NCBI GenBank assembly: GCA_048939465.1
Contig: JBHLPL010000068.1
Coordinates: 1-10,379, forward strand
Origin: Promethearchaeota archaeon
GTDB taxonomy: Archaea > Asgardarchaeota > Odinarchaeia > Odinarchaeales > JBHLKK01
Direction of reading: 5' to 3'
Length of the DNA: 10,379 bases
Within the stretch, counting starts at the first letter, position 1; the number at the start of each line of letters is the position of its first letter. The notes under the pieces were generated by a model. That model had not been told where the DNA came from, searched no databases, and saw nothing but the letters and a program-made list of their open reading frames with translations. The position numbers and the translations under genes were made by a program. Shown here piece by piece: positions 6,478 to 10,379 of this stretch.

Positions 6478-7476
6478 ATGAATCCTTTTGCCGATTTCAA
6501 GTCTGTTCGTAGTTCCGAGGAGATTCTAGAGACCGCTATCAAGAGAGCTTCAAAAATCAAGAAACGCTTTTCGCCTCGCCTATCAAAAATATCAAGAATC
6601 AAGAAAGAAGAAGTGACAAAAGTCAGAGTGCTGGCTCAGAACATAACCAAACCACTAGACAAGGTGGTCAAGCAAATGCCAACACTAAGTGACGTCGACC
6701 CTTTCTATCGAGAGTTGACTGAAATCCTTGTTGGCATTGACAAGTTAAGAAAAACCTTAGCTTCCTTGAGTGGTTCTATAAGAGTCATTAAGAATATAGC
6801 CAATCAGCATATCCGTAGAATTCGCAAAACAACTAATTTAAGCGTCATAACTTCAGAACGAAAAGCGGCCTATGGACGGATAGCGTCTGTTATGAAGAAA
6901 CTTCAGGGGCGGATGACTTTCCTAAAAGATGTGTTTCGTCTTCTTAGAGGATTGCCTTCCACTGATCCAAGTGTACTAACAATAGCTGTTGGTGGTCCTC
7001 CGAATGTTGGCAAATCCACTTTTGTAAAAGCAGTTTCAAGTGCAAAGCCAGAGATTGCAGCCTATCCTTTTACGACTCGTGAGCTAATTGTAGGTCATAT
7101 TGAACTCGATAAGCAAAGAGTCCAAATCATCGATTTACCAGGATTACTGGATCGCCCCCTCGGTGAGCGAAATGCCATTGAATTACAGGCTATCGCCGCT
7201 TTAAAGCATCTTGCTAATGTAATCATTTTCATGATTGATCCTTCAGAGACATCTGGCTATTCAATAGATAATCAGCTTTCCTTGTTTCAGGAGATAAAAA
7301 CTACATTCGAGAAAATCCCCATAATTCCTGTGATCAATAAAACTGATCTCGCTTCCCGTCAGCAAATCAAATATGTTAAAGAAAGAATGAGAGGTATTTC
7401 TGAAATGGTGGCTACTAAAGGTACTGGGGTAAGAGAACTTTTGCAGAGAGCTTTAGGAGTGTTAAACCTCTCCTGA
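6478..7476 (+). CDS. nog1: NOG1 family GTP-binding protein (OBG-related, ribosome biogenesis)
   Basis: Helical N-domain (FYRELTEIL...LRKTLASL), G1 GPPNVGKST, G2 YPFTT, G3 DLPG, G4 NKTD. ATG 6478 is preceded by GGTGG; an alternative start is 6454. Confidence 0.93.
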   Translation: MNPFADFKSVRSSEEILETAIKRASKIKKRFSPRLSKISRIKKEEVTKVRVLAQNITKPLDKVVKQMPTLSDVDPFYRELTEILVGIDKLRKTLASLSGSIRVIKNIANQHIRRIRKTTNLSVITSERKAAYGRIASVMKKLQGRMTFLKDVFRLLRGLPSTDPSVLTIAVGGPPNVGKSTFVKAVSSAKPEIAAYPFTTRELIVGHIELDKQRVQIIDLPGLLDRPLGERNAIELQAIAALKHLANVIIFMIDPSETSGYSIDNQLSLFQEIKTTFEKIPIIPVINKTDLASRQQIKYVKERMRGISEMVATKGTGVRELLQRALGVLNLS

Positions 7477-7493
7477 GAGCAGCAGACTTAGGC

Positions 7494-7511
7494 AAAATCA
7501 AAAAGGGAAAA
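7494..7511 (-). terminator. Possible oligo-U terminator for rtcA
   Basis: Minus strand TTTTCCCTTTTTGATTTT about 25 nt past the rtcA stop, between convergent genes. Confidence 0.35.
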
Positions 7512-7534
7512 TTGTGATTAGCTTCTCGTCCGTG

Positions 7535-8590
7535 TTAATGTATCTTTATCCCCTCTACTTTTATTCTTCCCGATTCTCCCTCTTTTCCCTTGATCTGGAA
7601 TTTAACCCCCAATATTTTCTGGGTTATTTGGATATTCGTCAATGAATGGAGAGTCAATTTAGACACACTAATTTCTGACACGCCGTCAGTGATAGCCATA
7701 TAAGGTATTAGCATATCCCCCGTGTGTTTATCTACTGCCTGTTTGCTCCTTATCTCTGAGATTAGTTTTTCAGCAACTTCTGATCCGACCTTTTCAGCGG
7801 GCTTTCCTCTTTCGCCAAGTGCATCTGCTCCCAAAATGGCTCCAGTTGATGTGATTGCCCAGAGGGCAATACCACTGCCCGGTCCAAGAGCGTCTCTGGA
7901 ATGGAAATCACCATCGACCTTTATGTTGATCTTCTCAAATCCTGCGGTTCTTAAGACCTTGGCTGCTTCTTCTTTCTGTCTTTCCGCAACGTGGAGTGGG
8001 AGCTTAACGCAATGGGAAATCCCACCTATTTCCATGACTTCTCCTTGTTCTAAGAGGGTTATAGGGGAGAATCTCTTAACAGGGTGTGCTTTGAATTCGA
8101 CTTCTCCTCCTCCTTTTGGATAGTGTCCTCTCTTTTCTACACTGATGCCCCCCTCATAACCAATCTTCTTCAGCATAGGAAATGTTACGTGTTGAAGATA
8201 GTCTATTGTGGGACTCCATTTGACGTCGGTTCCCCCCCTAATTCTTATAACAACATCTGAAGGAGCTAATGCTGCAACAGGCATTAGTGCCTGAAGAACA
8301 AGTGAAATACTCCCCGCTGTTCCTACGTTGAACCTAAACGAGCCAGACCTCCGGTTTTTTGGCGAGAAGGTCACTTCCGATGAGCCTATGGCCGTTCCAG
8401 TAATCTCTGCGTCAACTAAAGCAGCTACGGCCTTAATTCCTGTCAGGTGCTGTGGTCTTAATCCTGGATTAGGTCGTTTAGCTCTAATTCTTATGATGTT
8501 TATTGGTTTCATAACCGAAGCTGATAGGGCTACACTTGTGCGTAGGACTTGGCCACCCCCCTCTCCTAGACTCCCGTCAATTTCAATCAT
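7535..8590 (-). CDS. rtcA: RNA 3'-terminal phosphate cyclase
   Basis: MIEIDGSLGEGGGQVLRT, IRAKRPNPGLRPQHL, GTAGSISLVLQ, GGTDVKWSP, RGHYPKGGG, and catalytic-region DKHTGDML. Confidence 0.97.
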   Translation of the reverse strand: MIEIDGSLGEGGGQVLRTSVALSASVMKPINIIRIRAKRPNPGLRPQHLTGIKAVAALVDAEITGTAIGSSEVTFSPKNRRSGSFRFNVGTAGSISLVLQALMPVAALAPSDVVIRIRGGTDVKWSPTIDYLQHVTFPMLKKIGYEGGISVEKRGHYPKGGGEVEFKAHPVKRFSPITLLEQGEVMEIGGISHCVKLPLHVAERQKEEAAKVLRTAGFEKINIKVDGDFHSRDALGPGSGIALWAITSTGAILGADALGERGKPAEKVGSEVAEKLISEIRSKQAVDKHTGDMLIPYMAITDGVSEISVSKLTLHSLTNIQITQKILGVKFQIKGKEGESGRIKVEGIKIH

Positions 8591-8609
8591 AGAACCCCAT
8601 CCTTTCCTA

Positions 8610-8623
8610 GAAAAATATAAAAG
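8610..8623. promoter_or_regulatory. BRE/TATA in the divergent rtcA-MGMT intergenic region
   Basis: GAAAAA-TATAAAAG on +; reads TTTTATAT on -. Confidence 0.55.
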
Positions 8624-8658
8624 CCTTCAAACATACGCTTCTGATACAGTGAGGAAAA

Positions 8659-8997
8659 ATGCATCAAAAAAACCTATCGCTTTCTGAGTTTCAAAAGAAG
8701 GTATATGGGGTTACCTCAAAAATACCAAAAGGCTCAGTTACGACATATGCTACGATAGCCAAAATCCTGGGCAACTCCTCTTTAGCCAGAGCAGTCGGTA
8801 ATGCTCTAAACAAAAATCCATTTCCGTCTGAAAAGGTTCCGTGTCATCGTGTTGTTCGAGCCAACGGAGAAGTAGGTGGCTTCGCATCTGGAACCAAAAA
8901 CAAAATCACTATGCTTGAGAAGGAAGGAATAGCAATTGTTGACGGGAGAGTTGACCTTAGAAGGTTCTCAGCCAATCCGGACCTTCTCACCCGATAG
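8659..8997 (+). CDS. ogt: Methylated-DNA-protein-cysteine methyltransferase (single-domain MGMT)
   Basis: KIPKGSVTTYATIAK...RAVGNALNKNP...VPCHRVV; the active-site Cys is retained. Confidence 0.93.
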   Translation: MHQKNLSLSEFQKKVYGVTSKIPKGSVTTYATIAKILGNSSLARAVGNALNKNPFPSEKVPCHRVVRANGEVGGFASGTKNKITMLEKEGIAIVDGRVDLRRFSANPDLLTR

Positions 8998-9068
8998 AAC
9001 CTGGTAAAAAGATACACTTAAAGATATTAATAACACTACCAGCCACTCCGTTAGGAGGTAGAACAAGA

Positions 9069-9593
9069 TTGAAAACAGCACTGTTCATTGGTAGATTCCA
9101 ACCGTTCCATAAAGGCCACCTACATGCTATCACCGAGATATTGGAAGATGTTGATGAGATCATAATCGGAATAGGGAGCGCTCAGCATAGCCATACCATA
9201 AATAACCCATTTAACGCTGGAGAACGAATTCATATGATTCGAGACTCTCTTAATGAAGACGGTATTGACCCCTCTCGCTACTATTTAGTTCCAATACCCG
9301 ATATAAACGACAATCGTCTTTGGGTGCCTCATGTTATCACACTTACTCCGCCGTTTCAGTTGGTTTATACAAATGACCCCCTGACTACTCAGCTGTTTAA
9401 TGAAGCACAATTCAAAGTTGTGCCTGTCAAATTGCATCGGAGAGAGCTGTACTGTGCCACGGAGATAAGAATGAAAATGCTGAAAGGAGAAAGTTGGGAA
9501 GAGTTGGTTCCTAAGAAAGTTGTAGAAATAATCCACGAAATTGATGGTCTTACAAGAATAAGAAAGATCGGGACTGCAAAACTCAAGATTTGA
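9069..9593 (+). CDS. nadM: Nicotinamide-nucleotide adenylyltransferase (archaeal NMNAT)
   Basis: LFIGRFQPFHKGH, IGIGSAQHSHTINNPFNAGER, W-V-H; GGAGGT RBS at 9055-9060. Confidence 0.96.
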   Translation: MKTALFIGRFQPFHKGHLHAITEILEDVDEIIIGIGSAQHSHTINNPFNAGERIHMIRDSLNEDGIDPSRYYLVPIPDINDNRLWVPHVITLTPPFQLVYTNDPLTTQLFNEAQFKVVPVKLHRRELYCATEIRMKMLKGESWEELVPKKVVEIIHEIDGLTRIRKIGTAKLKI

Positions 9594-9655
9594 CACCTCT
9601 CCTTGCACTAGTCACTTTCTTTGAGAATAGTAGCAATCAAGTAGGAGGTTGTTTA

Positions 9656-10379
9656 TTGAAACCATCTCCAATAATTACACTTCTTACAGATTTTGGGATC
9701 AAGGATGCATATGTGGCTGCCATGAAGGGTACAATCTTAAAGATATGCCCGGTCGCCAAAATTGTGGATATATCACACGAAGTTCCGAGGTTTAATATTG
9801 AGTACGCGGCTTTTCTATTAATGCAGACAGCTCAATACTTTCCTGAGGGAACGATTCATGTGGTGGTGGTCGATCCTGGAGTTGGAACGCGTCGACGAAG
9901 GATAATAATCAAAACTAAGAGGAGCTTTTTCATAGGACCTGATAATGGCGTCTTGATCCCTGCTGCCGAAAGAGAAGGCCTTTCACAGATAATAAAGATA
10001 GAAAGCGCGAAATACATGCTTTGTGAAACATCCAAGACCTTTGAAGGCAGAGATGTGTTTGCCCCTGTAGCGGCCCATCTTGCGTCTGGTACTCCTTTGG
10101 AGTCTTTTGGGCGTCTCATAGAGAATGTGATTGAGCATCCTTTTCCAAGTCCGAAAGTCTCCGAAGAAGGTATTTCTGGCGAAGTAATTCACATAGACGG
10201 TTTCGGAAACTTGATCACAAACATAAGTACTATGCATATTAGAGAAAAGAATATCAGATTCGGAGAAACAATTAAGGTCTCCATTAATGATTGGATATCA
10301 AAAATCCCTTTTCTGAGAACTTATGGTAGCACCAGTAAGGGGGAATATCTAACTATAATTGGAAGCTCTGATCTTTTAG
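9656..10379 (+). CDS. SAM hydroxide adenosyltransferase / DUF62 (chlorinase-fluorinase family), partial at the 3' edge; not in the ORF track
   Basis: Manual translation from TTG 9656 (AGGAGGT upstream): IITLLTDFGIKDAYVAAMKG...DISHEV...FPEGTIHVVVVDPGVGTRRR...GPDNGVL...TFEGRDVFAP...IHIDGFGNLITNI, with no stop before the window end. Confidence 0.94.
   Translation, partial: MKPSPIITLLTDFGIKDAYVAAMKGTILKICPVAKIVDISHEVPRFNIEYAAFLLMQTAQYFPEGTIHVVVVDPGVGTRRRRIIIKTKRSFFIGPDNGVLIPAAEREGLSQIIKIESAKYMLCETSKTFEGRDVFAPVAAHLASGTPLESFGRLIENVIEHPFPSPKVSEEGISGEVIHIDGFGNLITNISTMHIREKNIRFGETIKVSINDWISKIPFLRTYGSTSKGEYLTIIGSSDLL

Noticed and set aside
224-10237. Remaining short ORFs in the track (224-433, 376-558, 1541-1729, 2434-2622, 5130-5402, 5730-5939, 6213-6395, 6366-6602, 7722-8123, 8328-8687, 9285-9608, 9389-9586, 9856-10119, 9983-10237)
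   Set aside because: Antisense or overlapping shadows of well-supported genes, with no recognisable motifs.
1-10379. CRISPR array, tRNA or rRNA genes
   Set aside because: No regularly spaced repeats, cloverleaf or rRNA-like segments seen.

Overview
Archaeal chromosomal window (TATA/BRE promoters, GGAGG/GGGG ribosome-binding sites, archaeal proteasome and NMNAT genes; TACK-like, e.g. Bathyarchaeia, by inference only). Genes in order: PflX-like radical SAM protein (-, runs off the left edge), GT28/MJ1255-like glycosyltransferase, Mut7-C RNase, non-catalytic proteasome beta subunit, DUF504/MJ1316 protein, two tandem Zn-ribbon/PH-like paralogs, NOG1 GTPase, RtcA, MGMT, NMNAT, and a DUF62 SAM hydrolase (runs off the right edge; absent from the ORF track). 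The main signal is a 30-nt insert (114-143, - strand) inside the radical SAM CxxxCxxC motif. It carries an in-frame TAA and folds into a bulge-helix-bulge (BHB) whose standard cut sites restore CNFKCAHCQNYDIS, so it looks like a tRNA-type micro-intron in an mRNA. Other notable points: a 153-codon in-frame insert splitting the Mut7-C domain, and a roughly 255-nt non-autonomous IS200/IS605 (TnpB omegaRNA-like) remnant directly upstream of psmB.
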